From an uncultured Planctomycetaceae bacterium (GTDB lineage Bacteria > Planctomycetota > Planctomycetia > Isosphaerales > Isosphaeraceae): a stretch of DNA of 64,000 nucleotides. The DNA is taken from positions 5,408,001-5,472,000 of the forward strand of contig CAWIAD010000002.1 in NCBI GenBank assembly GCA_963833985.1, given 5' to 3'. Made by a program: the position numbers and the translations under genes. Positions within the stretch are counted from its first letter, which is position 1; every line of letters starts with the position of its first letter. The notes below the pieces were generated by a model that saw only the letters and a program-made list of their open reading frames with translations, searched no databases and was not told the DNA's origin. Shown here one piece after another: positions 1 through 11,205 of this stretch.

Positions 1-326
1 ACGTCGTTGCGGACTCCGATCGGGCAGATCAGCTTGTCCATGCAGAGCTTTTCGGGCAGCAGGCTGGCCAGGTCCTTGTCGATCTCCGCCCCCTCGGCCA
101 GGGGGTGCACGAGGGGGAGATACAGGTCCTCGGCGTAGAGGGTGGCGATCTCCTGGTCGTCCAGGTAGCTGTTCTTGATGAGCCAGACCTCGGCAACGGT
201 ACCTGGTCCGGACTTCTCAATCTGGTCCGCGAAGTCCTCGATTTGCTTGGGCTCGAACCGCAGGCGGCGGGCCAGGAGCTCCAGGATCAGGGGCTGAACG
301 CCGGTGGTGTCGAAGACGGTGTTCAT
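1..326 (-). CDS. N-terminus of probable GspE/PilB-family assembly ATPase (partial, runs off window)
   Basis: Manual translation from ATG at 326: MNTVFDTTGVQPLILELL...EIATLYAEDLYLPLV...LLPEKLCMDKLICPIG resembles the GspE/PilB N-domain. It lies downstream of the pilM/N/O-like genes. No ATPase motifs are visible in the window. Confidence 0.55.
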   Translation of the reverse strand, partial: MNTVFDTTGVQPLILELLARRLRFEPKQIEDFADQIEKSGPGTVAEVWLIKNSYLDDQEIATLYAEDLYLPLVHPLAEGAEIDKDLASLLPEKLCMDKLICPIGVRND

Positions 327-502
327 GGAAGTTCCGCAAGGTCCCGGAGTGCCGATCAGCGACGCGTCGTGAACCGCTTGTCCCCTTGGGAAACCAGAGC
401 CATGGTCAGGTCATGGCGACGGGACAGGAAACGCTCCCGCCGCCGGAGGTTGCGCAAGGGGGCCAAGCAAGGGGGCAAGCCAGTTGAGATTCATGGGCGC
501 GT

Positions 503-1147
503 TCAGTCCTGCTGGAGCACCCGGGCCGCCCGGGAACGCCTGTCCGAGCGCCACCGGCCAGTCCGGGCAGAGCTTCCGGCCGCGCTCCGCGGGGGGGCGG
601 CACCGGCGCGCGCGCCTCCGCGCGATCGGGCGGTGGCCATGAAGCGGCTCGGGTAGGCCAGCGCATAGCGTTTGCCATTGGCTTCCAGGGTGGCCTGGTT
701 GGGAGTGACGTCGGCAAGGATGAAGGCCAGGGCCTTGCCGTCGCTGCTCTCGAGTGGCTGACCCTGCCGGTAGAGCCTGCCATTGATGGACGCGTACCTG
801 GTGTGGCCCTGGATGAACGTGGCGTTCAAGGTGAGGTTGCCGACGAACGTGGCGAACGGGTCGACCGGGGCAGCTACGGTCCCGGCGAGCTTGCCGCCGG
901 CCTTGCGAGTGGGCTGGACGATGGCCACAAACGGATTTCGCCGGCGCGCGCCGGAGGGACCGCCCGGCGCGGCGGTGGCCGCCGCTCCCGCGGTGTTAGA
1001 CCCGGGCCGGGCGCTCGTGGATTTCGCCTCCCCCGGTTGGGGTTGCGGCGAAGCCGGCCTGGCAGGCTCGATCGAGTAGGCCGCATAGGCCATGACCGCG
1101 GCCATGATCAGGGTGGGGGCCAGCTTCAGTAGTGCCGAGGTGTTCAT
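503..1147 (-). CDS. Membrane-anchored pilus/T2SS accessory protein (PilP/GspC-like)
   Basis: N-terminal TM, RRNPF motif, then a beta-rich LNATFIQG..YASINGRLY..G domain. Overlaps the pilO-like stop. Confidence 0.5.
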   Translation of the reverse strand: MNTSALLKLAPTLIMAAVMAYAAYSIEPARPASPQPQPGEAKSTSARPGSNTAGAAATAAPGGPSGARRRNPFVAIVQPTRKAGGKLAGTVAAPVDPFATFVGNLTLNATFIQGHTRYASINGRLYRQGQPLESSDGKALAFILADVTPNQATLEANGKRYALAYPSRFMATARSRGGARAGAAPPRSAAGSSARTGRWRSDRRSRAARVLQQD

Positions 1148-1734
1148 CGCCGGGCCTCCGGCCTGGCGGACGTGGCCGCGTCGGGGGCCGGACCGGTTTT
1201 TTCCTTCTCCGCCAGGCAGAGCAGGTCCACCTGGACGTTGAGCCTGCCGTCCTTGGCCGGGTCGACCCGCAGGGTGTCGATCCGCAGCAGCCGGATGTCG
1301 TTCTCGACCCAGCGCAGGAACCCGTCGAGGTTCTCGTACGACCCTTCCATTTGCAGCCGCATTCCAATGTTGTCGAACGCGCCGAGATCCCTGGTCTTGA
1401 TGGGCCTGAGGTCAATGATCTTCAAGGGCGACTGACGGACGTGCTCCAGCACGTACTGGTTGAGCTCGTTCTGGCCCCAGTGCTCGGGGATGCGCACCTG
1501 GTAGGGGGAGAGCGTCGCGCGCAGCGCCTCGATCTGGTGGGCGATGGCGGCGCGCTTCTGTTCGCTCTCGGCGCGGGCCGAGGTCAGGGTGATCTGCTCG
1601 TTGGTCGGGCCGTAGAAGCCGAAGTACCATGAGGCCAGCAGCGCTGCGCAGACCAGGAACCGCAGCCGGATGGGGTTGCGTAACTGGGCCAGCGCCTTGC
1701 GCTTCAAGGGTGTGCCCGACGCCTTCTCGCTCAT
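1144..1734 (-). CDS. PilO/GspM-like protein
   Basis: TM helix, coiled coil, MRLQMEGSYENLDGFLRWVE..RLLRIDTL signature. Confidence 0.7.
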   Translation of the reverse strand: MSEKASGTPLKRKALAQLRNPIRLRFLVCAALLASWYFGFYGPTNEQITLTSARAESEQKRAAIAHQIEALRATLSPYQVRIPEHWGQNELNQYVLEHVRQSPLKIIDLRPIKTRDLGAFDNIGMRLQMEGSYENLDGFLRWVENDIRLLRIDTLRVDPAKDGRLNVQVDLLCLAEKEKTGPAPDAATSARPEARR

Positions 1735-3257
1735 CGCGGTCTGGCTCCCTTGGCTGGTTCCACCCGGGGCATGCAGACCACGCTGAACTGGGCGGCCTTG
1801 CCCGAGCCGAAACCGCTCGAGCCAGTGCGCAGGCCGGAGACCTCGATGCTGGGAAACTCGCGCAGGATGGTCGCCTCGGCGCGGAGTGCCGAGAGGAACG
1901 TGTCGATCTCTCCCGGCATGGCGCCGTCCTCGGCCAGCGGAGTGGAGAAGTTGACGACCAGTTGCAGCTTGCCCTTGTTCTGGTTCCCCTTGGTGGGGGC
2001 CTCGAACTCACCGCTGCCGTTCAGGGAGGTGATGATCGTGGTCGGCGGCGCGGCCGCGGCAATCGTGTGCAGCTTGCCCGACCAGAGGACCCGGGATTTC
2101 TGGAACGCTTCGAGCACGCGGATCCGCTCCTCCAGCCCCCGCTTCTGGGTTTCGAGCTTGGGCTGGTCCTGGTCCTTGAGCCAGGTGAAAGCCTGGACCT
2201 TGGAGCTGGCGTTCCTGAGCAGCGTATCCGCGTCGGCCGCCACGCCGCCGACCATGAGCGAAACGCCGGCCGCCAGCACGGCCTGGAAGGCCAGGTCGGC
2301 CCAGGGGAAGATCTCGTGGATGGGGACCTCCGGCCGGAACTCCCGCGCCAGGTTGTGGCCTCCGGTCTCGGCCAGGGGGTTGTTCAGCGCCACGCCCAGG
2401 GCCGCGGCAGAAAGGCTGTAGTCGGGCGCTCCGGCGCGCACCAGGCGGGCGCTGTGCGCTTGTGGAAGTCGTCCGGGTCGATGGCGAGCGTCAGCTCGGG
2501 CCGGCCGTGGATGAACACGGTGTCGATCGGGGTGCTCACGCGCGTATGCCGCCCCAGCATCCAGAGCGTCGAGTAGGACGCCAGGATGGACGCAGCCTCA
2601 TCGCCCTCGGACAGGTCGAAGGCATGCCAGAAGAGCGGCTGGGCGCCGGCGACCTCCATGCCCAGGGCCTGCTTCGGGCCCAGGAAGAAGCGGAGGCAGA
2701 GCTTCGAGCCGCGGGGGGGCGGTGCCGTCGCGGCCGCGGAGCGCAGCAGGCCCATGGGGGCCGGTTCGATCACGGCCACCCGGGTGTCAAGCCGCGCCAG
2801 CAGCTCGGCCAGGGGGACGATCACCGCCCGGGGACAGGCCGACAGGCAGGCCAGCGGCTGCTTGTTGCACTCAACCTTCAGCAGATCGATGATCCGATCC
2901 TCGGCGCGGAGGTTGGTGGCCTGCACGGCCTCGAGGAAGAAATTCTGGGGCGGCGCCAGGCGGTTGGCCGGGGTGATCGGCACCGTTGCCTGGAAGAGGC
3001 GCGACTCGGCCAGGCCGACCTGCACCCAGGGCCGGTGTCCCTTGCCGCTGGCCCGAGCCCGCGCAGGCGGCAGCCAGGGCTCGAGCATCGGCCGCAGCGT
3101 CTCCTCAATTGAATCCGCAGTGCATTCGCGCAGGCTCGTGCGCGATCTCCCGGCGGCCCGCCAGCGTCGTCGCCACGACGCTCATGGCCACCTGCTGTTG
3201 ATCGATCACCAGGCCGATCGCCGGCCGGTAGCGCAGCCATTTCGAGGGGACGTTCAT
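1731..3257 (-). CDS. PilM/PilN-like fusion protein (about 2 apparent frameshifts)
   Basis: ATG at 3257 (MNVPSKWLRYRPAIGLVID), continuing through ORFs 2384..3088 and 1731..2441 (AALGVAL..NLAREF, TM, coiled coil, PilN-like C-terminus). Confidence 0.55.
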
Positions 3258-3547
3258 GATCAGGCTTGTTCACGAGAGCGACCGGGGCCAGTGCGCAACC
3301 TCTTGGTCCGCGCAGTGCATCCATCTCAGAAGCCTAGGACAGATTCAGAACCCGTCAAATCGACGGCCCGCGCTGTCCGCCCGCAGCGCTCGGGGCGTAC
3401 GAGGCAAGTCAGGTCGCCCGGGTGCGACATTCCTGCCGCAGCCGCCGGGGCGTGGCCTACGCTTGAAATGAGAGCCGCGCTGGCCGTGAGTGCCACGTCG
3501 TTGCGCCGGCATGATCATTTCGACAACCCGAGCTGGGGAGGTGCCTC

Positions 3548-4642
3548 TTGCCGTTTGAGGAATGGGTGGTCGCGCATGCCCGCGTCTCCAAGAAGCCGCA
3601 CAGGGGGGCCAAGCTGGAGGACACCCTCGCCTTCTTCCACCAGCTCTCCACCCTGGTGACCTCCGGGACACCGCTCTTGCAGGCCCTGAAGATTGCCTCG
3701 GCCCAGTGCGAGAGCACCAGGCTGCGCGCCATCCTGGAGCAGATCACCATCCGGGTGTCGTCCGGCAGCACCTTCCACTCGGCGGCGGCGAGCTATCCGC
3801 AGATCTTCGAGTTCCAGTGGATCGAGGCCATCCGCACCGGCGAGGTGACCGGCAAGATGTCCCAGGTGCTGGTGGAGCTGAACAAGCAGATCCGCGACGC
3901 CCGGGAGACCAAGCGCAAGGTGAAAGCGTCGCTCATGTACCCGATGATTCTCATCTGCGTCGCGGTGATCGCCGTGACGGTCATGCTCTGGATGGTGGTG
4001 CCCACCTTCGCCAAGATGTTCAAGGACATGGATGCCAAGCTTCCGGCCATCACCCAGTACGTGGTCGACGCGTCGGACTTCATCGTTCATTACGGGCTCT
4101 ACATCCTGGTCACCGTGGTGGTCGTGGTCCTGGTGTTCAAGAAGTTCATGAAGACCGAGAACGGCAAGCGGTACGTCGGCGGGTCGCTCATGGTGCTGCC
4201 CAGCGTGGGCGAGCTGATGGTTCAGATGGCGATGTACAAGTTCGCCTCGAACCTGTCGCTGCTCTTGAAGAGCGGCGTGCCAATGCTGGAAACGATCAAC
4301 ACCGTCAAGGGGATCTTCCAGAACGATCCGCTCTACCGTGACGCCCTGGAACGGGTCAGCGCCCGGGTCGCGGCCGGCAAGGCGCTCTACCTCTCGCTCC
4401 AGGAGACGGGTCTGTTCCTGCCGATGCTCACCAGCATGGTCCAGGTGGGCGAGGAGTCGGGCCAGCTCGCCGCGGTCATGGAGCAGATCGCCCCCTTCTT
4501 CAAGGAGAAGATGGAGACAATGGTGCTGAAGGTGACCAAGATGCTCGAGCCCATCATCATCATGTTCATGGGCATATCGATCGCCGGCTTGATGCTGGCC
4601 ATCTACATGCCCATGTTCGAGATGGCAGGCAACGTCAAGTGA
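3548..4642 (+). CDS. pilC: Type II secretion F / PilC inner-membrane platform protein
   Basis: FFHQLSTLVTSGTPLLQAL, GEVTGKM, KASLMYP, GEESGQL, LEPIII..IYMPMF motifs. Confidence 0.92.
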   Translation: MPFEEWVVAHARVSKKPHRGAKLEDTLAFFHQLSTLVTSGTPLLQALKIASAQCESTRLRAILEQITIRVSSGSTFHSAAASYPQIFEFQWIEAIRTGEVTGKMSQVLVELNKQIRDARETKRKVKASLMYPMILICVAVIAVTVMLWMVVPTFAKMFKDMDAKLPAITQYVVDASDFIVHYGLYILVTVVVVVLVFKKFMKTENGKRYVGGSLMVLPSVGELMVQMAMYKFASNLSLLLKSGVPMLETINTVKGIFQNDPLYRDALERVSARVAAGKALYLSLQETGLFLPMLTSMVQVGEESGQLAAVMEQIAPFFKEKMETMVLKVTKMLEPIIIMFMGISIAGLMLAIYMPMFEMAGNVK

Positions 4643-5124
4643 GCGGCGATATTGAACACGGGGAACACCGGTGGAGCACGATTCTCTTGCGATGCGGTAG
4701 CAGAATCCTGGCAGGTCGAAGAGCGTACACGCTGGTCGAGATGACCATCGTACTCACCGTGATGGCGATCCTCATCTCGATGGCCATGCCGCGGTTCTCG
4801 CGGTCGCTGGAATCGGCCAAGGCGGACGTGGCCGGCGCCAACCTGCGAGCCATCTGGGCGGCCGAGCGGCTGTACTGGCTGGATCATCGCAATTACACCA
4901 GCAGCCTCGACACCCTGGTCAGCCAGAACCTGCTAGACCCCTCGATCACGGCGAACACGTCCTATAGTTACCTTGTCACCACGGCGGACAGCGCCACGTT
5001 CAGCGCGACGGCGCAGCGACTGAACGGCTCGTGGTCCGGATCGTTCACGATTGATCAGACCGGGGCGATCAGCGGCAACCTGACGTGCCCGGGCCAGGAC
5101 TCCATTGTGGTTGGCTTCCAGTGA
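4639..5124 (+). CDS. Type IV pilin / pseudopilin
   Basis: RRAYTLVEM prepilin cleavage motif followed by a hydrophobic helix. Confidence 0.85.
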   Translation: MSGDIEHGEHRWSTILLRCGSRILAGRRAYTLVEMTIVLTVMAILISMAMPRFSRSLESAKADVAGANLRAIWAAERLYWLDHRNYTSSLDTLVSQNLLDPSITANTSYSYLVTTADSATFSATAQRLNGSWSGSFTIDQTGAISGNLTCPGQDSIVVGFQ

Positions 5125-5137
5125 TGCCGGGAGACTC

Positions 5138-5590
5138 ATGAAGCGCGCAGGCGGTTTCTTTGCAGGTCCAGGCCGAGGGCGGCGCCGCGGGGCATCGCTG
5201 CTGGAGGTCCAGATTGCCTTCGCCGTGCTGGGCATCGGCCTGGCGGGGCTTTGCCCGTTCGTGGTCACGCAGCTGCGGCAAGTGACGCGGCTGGAGTCGC
5301 GACTGGCCGCCAACAGGTATGTCTCCACCTATGTCTACGAACCGAGCGGGCCGGTCGTCAGGCCCGGCTCGGGTACGGTGTATTACCTGGTTCCCTGGAA
5401 CAACCCCTGGACGCAGAAGCTGACGACGCGGGCCCAGCTGCTCACGTCCCCGGCCAACTCCGGCGACCCGGCCGTCTCTACCCGGCCGGCCAGCGGCTTT
5501 CCCCACGTGACGCTGCCCCAGGCGGTCTCGCTCTCGCTGGACGGCAACGGCACCGTCACGAGCCTGACCGCCGTGGTCCAGGTGCAATGA
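5138..5590 (+). CDS. Minor pilin (PilV-like)
   Basis: RRGASLLEVQIAFAVLGIGL prepilin motif. Confidence 0.75.
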   Translation: MKRAGGFFAGPGRGRRRGASLLEVQIAFAVLGIGLAGLCPFVVTQLRQVTRLESRLAANRYVSTYVYEPSGPVVRPGSGTVYYLVPWNNPWTQKLTTRAQLLTSPANSGDPAVSTRPASGFPHVTLPQAVSLSLDGNGTVTSLTAVVQVQ

Positions 5591-5614
5591 ACGAAACACA
5601 ACGGCGACACAGCG

Positions 5615-6211
5615 ATGCACCTGAGCTGGCAACGCAAGAAAGGCCAATGCCCGCGATGCCGCGGCTTCACCATCATCGAGATGGTCGTGGCCACGTTCCT
5701 GACGGCGCTCCTGGCGGTGCTGCTGGCGGTGGCCATGGCCACGTTCGCCCGCCCGGCCGCCGAGGTCGACGGCCGCACCAAGCTGGCCCTCGAGGCAAGC
5801 ATCGCCGCCGAGAGCCTGGCCCGCGACCTCGGCGGCTTCCTCGCCGACAACTCGGGAACCCCCGGAACTCTCAACCAGTACCAGTTCACGAGCTGGTCGT
5901 TCTCGACCGATGGCTCGACGCTCTACCTCAACTACCAGGGAGCCTCCGGGCCCCCTCTGATCGTGACCTACCAGCAAGATCCACAGCACTACCAGCTTAT
6001 CCGCAACCAGCTCAGTACCGGCGTGCAAAACGTCGTGGCCCAGCATGTCACGTCGTTCCATGTCGCGGCCGATACCGCCAACCCGAACAACGTGCGGGTC
6101 CAGCTTGGCCTGACCTATCCGGACCCGTCGAGCACCCGCCTTTATCCCAGGTTTGAAGGCACCTACGTCTTGATCGGAGTTCCACCGCCGCCATGTCCCC
6201 CGCCCCGCTGA
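5615..6211 (+). CDS. Minor pilin (PilW/GspJ-like)
   Basis: RGFTIIEMVVA prepilin motif. Confidence 0.8.
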   Translation: MHLSWQRKKGQCPRCRGFTIIEMVVATFLTALLAVLLAVAMATFARPAAEVDGRTKLALEASIAAESLARDLGGFLADNSGTPGTLNQYQFTSWSFSTDGSTLYLNYQGASGPPLIVTYQQDPQHYQLIRNQLSTGVQNVVAQHVTSFHVAADTANPNNVRVQLGLTYPDPSSTRLYPRFEGTYVLIGVPPPPCPPPR

Positions 6212-6576
6212 GAGCCATGCTGCGCCGCGGCTACTCGCTGACGGTCGTCCTGCTCTTCCTGGTGCTCCTGTTCTGCCTGTGGGCCGCGGTCTACCGCACC
6301 ACGGCCAGCTTCCTTCGCACCGAGACCGTCCGCGTGAAGCGCAACGACCTGGACGAAGGGATGACGGCCGCCCTGGGCCAGGCGCTCTGGTACCTGGAAA
6401 CCAACCCCACGCTGGCCCGCAATGCCGTCACCTACGGGGTCACGGTCGCGGTGAGCCCAAGCAATCCCAATGGCCCGGATTACACCCTCACGTTCACTCC
6501 CACCAGCTCGCCCAGCAACGGCTGGAGCATCACCGTGAAGCCCGGCACGTACCCCACGCCCTTGCCAGGATCATGA
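6193..6576 (+). CDS. Minor pilin (PilX/GspK-like)
   Basis: RRGYSLTVVLL motif without Glu5, as in PilX/GspK. Last gene of the pilin run. Confidence 0.65.
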   Translation: MSPAPLRAMLRRGYSLTVVLLFLVLLFCLWAAVYRTTASFLRTETVRVKRNDLDEGMTAALGQALWYLETNPTLARNAVTYGVTVAVSPSNPNGPDYTLTFTPTSSPSNGWSITVKPGTYPTPLPGS

Positions 6577-6687
6577 GCCCGCCGCGCGCGGCACCCAGAC
6601 TCAGACCCGGCCGCAACGCGACGACCGCTCTGGCCGGCAACGCGTGAGAATCAGGGGCTCACCCCCGGGGACGCCTGGTCTCCTTGC

Positions 6688-6901
6688 GTGGGTCAAGATT
6701 CCAATCTTGACATTAATTGAGATAATCATAAATTGAATTGAAGAGACACGATCGGAATCGTGTCCCACGACAGAAGTGACACGATCGGAATCGTGTCCCA
6801 CGACAGAAGTGACACGATCGGAATCGTGTCCCACGACAGAAGTGACACGATCGGAATCGTGTCCCACGACGGAGGAGACACGATCCCAGGCTTGTACCAC
6901 G
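6688..6901. repeat. REP/REPIN-like cluster: one forward palindrome plus 4 tandem 33-bp inverted copies and one degenerate copy
   Basis: GTGG-GTCAAGAT-TCCA-ATCTTGAC at 6688-6711, an AT-rich spacer, then (GACACGATCGGAATCGTGTCCCACGACAGAAGT)x4 at 6745-6876. Confidence 0.85.
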
Positions 6902-7139
6902 AGGGCAAAGACGTGGTGTTTCCTCAGTTTCTGATTGTTCTCCATTCGGGGCGAACTTCCGGACTCAGTTTCCGCACAACCGGAACTATCATTGAAGGCC
7001 GCAGAGCCGTTGTGTCGAAATCAAGATCAGTTTTCGGTACGCCGCGCCCGTGATCGCGGCCGCCTGGTCCAACCGCGTTGCGAGCGGGCGGTCCCGGGAC
7101 GGCCCCTCGGAGCGCCGGTTCTGGAGGCAAGCCCGGGCC

Positions 7140-7865
7140 ATGCGTCAGTGCAAGCACATTCCACTGTTCGCCCTCATCGGTTCCAGCCTGCTGGCCAGCG
7201 GCTGCGGTGCGCTGGGATGGTATCGCGCCGTCGGCGACTTGCCCGGAATCGCCCCCAGCGACTACGCGTTCTACCGGTTCTGCGGCACATCCTCGCAGGT
7301 CTTCCAGTTTTCCTTGCCGCAGGTGCAGACCGCCGCGGTCCAGGCCCTTCTGGACCTGGGGTTCTACGACCTCGGACCTGCCAAACCGTGCGCTGACGGA
7401 GCGCTGGCGATGTTCGCACGGACCCAGGACGGCCGGCCCACCCGGATCACCTTCACGCCACAGAACACCATGACGAACATGCGGATCACGATCGGCCCGG
7501 CGCATGTGGGCGACGAGCTGCTCTCACGCGATGTGCTCCGCCGGGTGGCCCTCAATTTCGGCACGCTGCCGCGAGATTACATGCCGCTGGAGCCAATCCT
7601 GGCGCGGCGCATCAATCCACCGCGCATGGCGCGGCCCCTGGTGCAGCCTGAGCAGCCCATCACGCTTCAGGGCGAGGCTCTCCAGCCGGGCGAGACCCGC
7701 GCCCCTCAGCCGGAATTCACCGCACCCGTGACCGGAACCGGCTCCGGTGCCATCCCGCCACCCTTCGACCCGTATCGTTACGGGTATCCCATTCCGTTCT
7801 ATTCCCCCACACTTCCCTATCCTTACGGCAACCCCACCCCCGAGCAGACGATGAATCCGTACTGA
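7140..7865 (+). CDS. Putative lipoprotein (DUF3568-like) with Pro-rich tail
   Basis: LLASGC lipobox, then RITIGPAHVGDELLSRDVL. Confidence 0.55.
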   Translation: MRQCKHIPLFALIGSSLLASGCGALGWYRAVGDLPGIAPSDYAFYRFCGTSSQVFQFSLPQVQTAAVQALLDLGFYDLGPAKPCADGALAMFARTQDGRPTRITFTPQNTMTNMRITIGPAHVGDELLSRDVLRRVALNFGTLPRDYMPLEPILARRINPPRMARPLVQPEQPITLQGEALQPGETRAPQPEFTAPVTGTGSGAIPPPFDPYRYGYPIPFYSPTLPYPYGNPTPEQTMNPY

Positions 7866-8079
7866 GCATCCGAACAGATACCCTCAAAGTCGCTTTTATC
7901 GGAACCATCCTTAAGTTCGTCAGAGCGGGTGCCGACTTCTAAGAAAGAGAAAGCAAATCCCTCTTGCCGGGAGGCCGGCCCGACGCGGCCGGATCGATCT
8001 GCTCCTGGCCTCAAGGCGAGGCAATGTTGCCGGCCCATCGAGGTACGGACGTGTCCCGAATCGACAAGGATCAGTTCCC

Positions 8080-11053
8080 TTGAACCGGATGATCATCGCG
8101 GGGATCAAGCGACTGGTGCTGAGCCTGGGCCTGGTGGGCATGAGCCTGGCCGCGGCCGTGTTCGCCAAAGAGCCGGCGGCCACCGCCGGGGACGACGCGT
8201 CCACGGCACGTTCGCTCACTCTGCTGACCTCGCTCCTGAGCCAGGAAGGAGCGGCCGGCAGCCAGAGCCCGGGCCAGACGCCGCCACCTGCTCCGATGCC
8301 GGCGGCCGGCGCCGAAAGCGGCAGCGGCGCGGGCGGCCAGGTTCCCGGCGCGGCGCCCTTGCCTGTTCCAGAGCCGGCGCAGGCCGGTGCGGGAGCACCC
8401 GGTGAACCGGCCCAGCGCGCCACGCCCCCTCCTCCCGAGCCCGCGCCGCCGGGACTTCCCGAGAGACCGGCCGGCGCCCGGCGCGGGCCCAGGCTGCCAG
8501 CGACAGCCAGCCGCAAGAGGTCAAGTTTGATAACGAAGGCCTGGTCACCATGCACACCAGCGAGCTGGACGTCCGCCAGTTGCTGGAGCTGATCAGCCGC
8601 CGGAGCGGCCTGAACATCCTTATCTCTCCCAAGGTGAGCGGCACCATCACGGCCAATTTCGAGCGCGTGACGATCCAGGAACTGCTCCGCTCCGTGCTCA
8701 AGCTGGCCGAGCTCGTGGAGAAGGTGGAGGGCGGTATCCACTTCATCTACTCGCGCGAGGAGCTCAAGGCCGCCGCCGAAACCACCAAGAAAGAGCGGAT
8801 CGTCACCAAGGTCTACCGCCTGAACTATGTCCGTGCGGACGAGCTGATGGTCATGATCAGCCCGTTTCTGAGCAACGACGTGGGCAAGAAGCGATTCGCC
8901 ACGTCGGCGAATTACCTCTTCGGCATCAGCGAATCCTCCACGCTGGCCACAGGCGGCACCGGCGGCGTGGGCGGCTCGGCGGGCGGAGGCGGTGGCGGCG
9001 GCGCGGCGGGCGGCATCGCACCGGGCGGCGCGGGAACCATCCAGCGCGGCACCCAGCCCATCACGGGCGGTGCCTCGATGGCCAGCAACGACGTCGTCGT
9101 CATCCAGGATTACGAATCCAATCTCAAGATCATCGACCAGATCATCCAGCGGCTCGACGTCCAGCCGGTACAGGTGCTGATCGAAGCGGTGATCATCAGC
9201 ATCGAGCTGGATATCGACAAGCAGCTCGGCGTCAACTTCGCCCTGGTGGACAACCTGGGTCAGCAGCTCGGCACCATCGGCGCCGGAACGGCCATCAACG
9301 GCAATGTGGGATTCACGCCGGCCTCGGTGCTCACAGCCGCCGGCAAGCTTGCCGCCAGCACCACCGCGCCGGACCCCAGCGGCTTCGCATCGCCCGTCAA
9401 CGGCATCAAGTACGGGTTCGTCTCGAACAATATCACCGGCTTCATCCGCGCCCTGGAGAGCATTGGCAGCACCAAGATTCTGGCGAGCCCGCGGATCCTC
9501 GTGCTCAACAAGCAGCGTGCCGAGATCCAGCTTGGCTCGCGCCTCGGCTTCCGCTCGACGGTCACGCAGAACATCATCGGCACCACGCAGGCCGTGCAGT
9601 TCCTCAATACGGGCACGCTCCTGCGGCTGCGCCCCTTCGTCTCCAACGACGACGTCATCCGCATGGAGATTCACCCCGAACGGAGCGCGGGCGTTGTCGA
9701 TGCCACAACGGGCCTGCCCAGCCAGACGCTCGCGGAGCTGACGACCAACGTCATGGTTCCCAACGGTGCCACCCTGGTCATCGGCGGCCTCATGGAAGAC
9801 AACGACAATTACCAGATCACCGGCCTGCCCGGTCTGTCCAAGCTGCCCATCCTGGGATACCTGTTCGGGCGCGCGAGAAGATCGACCAGCGCCGCGAGCT
9901 GGTGGTCTTGCTCACGCCGCACATCTGGGCGCCGGCGCACGCGGGAACCAATCCGATGCCGCTGGCCATCAAGGACAGCAAGGGATTCGCGGAACGTCCC
10001 GGTGATGCCGCAACGGGAACCGCCAATGCTCCGGCCACAGCCACGGCCACGGCCTTCGCGCCCCAGCCGGCCACCGGAGACGTCTCATGGGCAAGGCCAG
10101 GCCAGGCACCGGCCGCCAGGCCCGCGCCGGATCGTGCCAGCGCCACGGGTCCGGAGACGCTCGATCCCGCCCCGGGCCTGGCCGTGGCCGACACGCTGGA
10201 GGCCCCCCAGGAGCTGCATCCGGCGGATCTGCTGGCCTCGTCAGCGGAGAAGACCGCGCCCGGCGGTGCCCGTGTCGACCCCATGGTGGCCCCGGCGTCC
10301 CTGGTGACCGCGCAGCCCACAGCGAACGTTGCGTCTCCCATGCCGTCAGCGGCGAACCGGACGCCCTTCGTTTCCTTGCCGGCCGAACCTTCCCTGAGAA
10401 TGCATACCGTGCATCGCGGTGAGGATTTCTCGTCGATCGCCCGGGCTTACTACGGCTCATCCCGCCTTGGCCGGTCGCTCTGGTGGGCGAACCGCAAGAC
10501 GGTCCCCTGGCCCGGCGCCCTGGCCGTGGGAACGAGGATCCTCATTCCGCCGCAGGAGCAGGTGGAAGGCCGCTCCTCCGGACGCTGGCCCGGCCGCGCG
10601 CAGGCATCCGCGCAGCCCCAGGTACAGTCCGGGCTTCCCCCTCAAGCATTGGCCCAGCCGCTGCCGCTGGCCCAGCCTCCACCGGAGAGCCGACCCCAGA
10701 CGTTCGCCCTGCCCAGGCCAGACATTCAACCCAGGCCGGCCCTGCCCAGGCCGGCCCTGCCCAGGCCGGACATTCAACCCAGGCCGGCCCTGCCTCAGCC
10801 GTCCCCGCCCGTGCACTCTCCGGTCCAGGCCGTGGCCGGCAGCGCCGCGCCCGAGGGCGGTTACGCCATCCACGTGGTCCGGCCGTACGAAACCCTGCGC
10901 GGCATCGCCCGCGACCGGCTGGGCGACCCGGCCCGGTTCGCCGAGATCGCCGAGCTGAACCGTGACTTGCTCGCCGCCGGCCGGTTCACGCCCGGCATGC
11001 GGCTCCTGCTCCCTCAGGACGCGCGCCCGCTTGCCCGCTCGGCAGACCGGTAG
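8080..11053 (+). CDS. Secretin (PilQ/GspD family) with C-terminal Pro-rich linker and two LysM-like domains (frameshifts near 8500 and 9875)
   Basis: Signal peptide, QVLIEAVI, KILASPRILVLNKQRAEIQLG, TLVIGGL, GLSKLPILGYLF. Frame-shifted continuation RRELVVLLTPHI, then HTVHRGEDFSSIARAYYG and HVVRPYETLRGIARDRLG. Confidence 0.8.
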
Positions 11054-11205
11054 ATTGAATCGCGTTCAGGATTGAGGCGGCCAGCGGGATTCACCTTTAC
11101 GGCCCGTCCCGCCGAGATATGATCCTGTCATCTCCTCCTTGAGCCGCACGTCCCACGTGAGCGCATTCCAATCAACTCGACCTGAACCTGGTAAGGGGCA
11201 AGACC

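Noticed and set aside
6745..6876. CRISPR array (also 12231-12370)
   Set aside because: Units are contiguous and near-identical with no unique spacers, and no cas genes are present. They fit tandem REPs better.
10709..10795. Short tandem repeats as a mobile or regulatory feature
   Set aside because: They are in-frame duplications in the Pro-rich linker (PRPDIQPRPAL) of the secretin-LysM protein.
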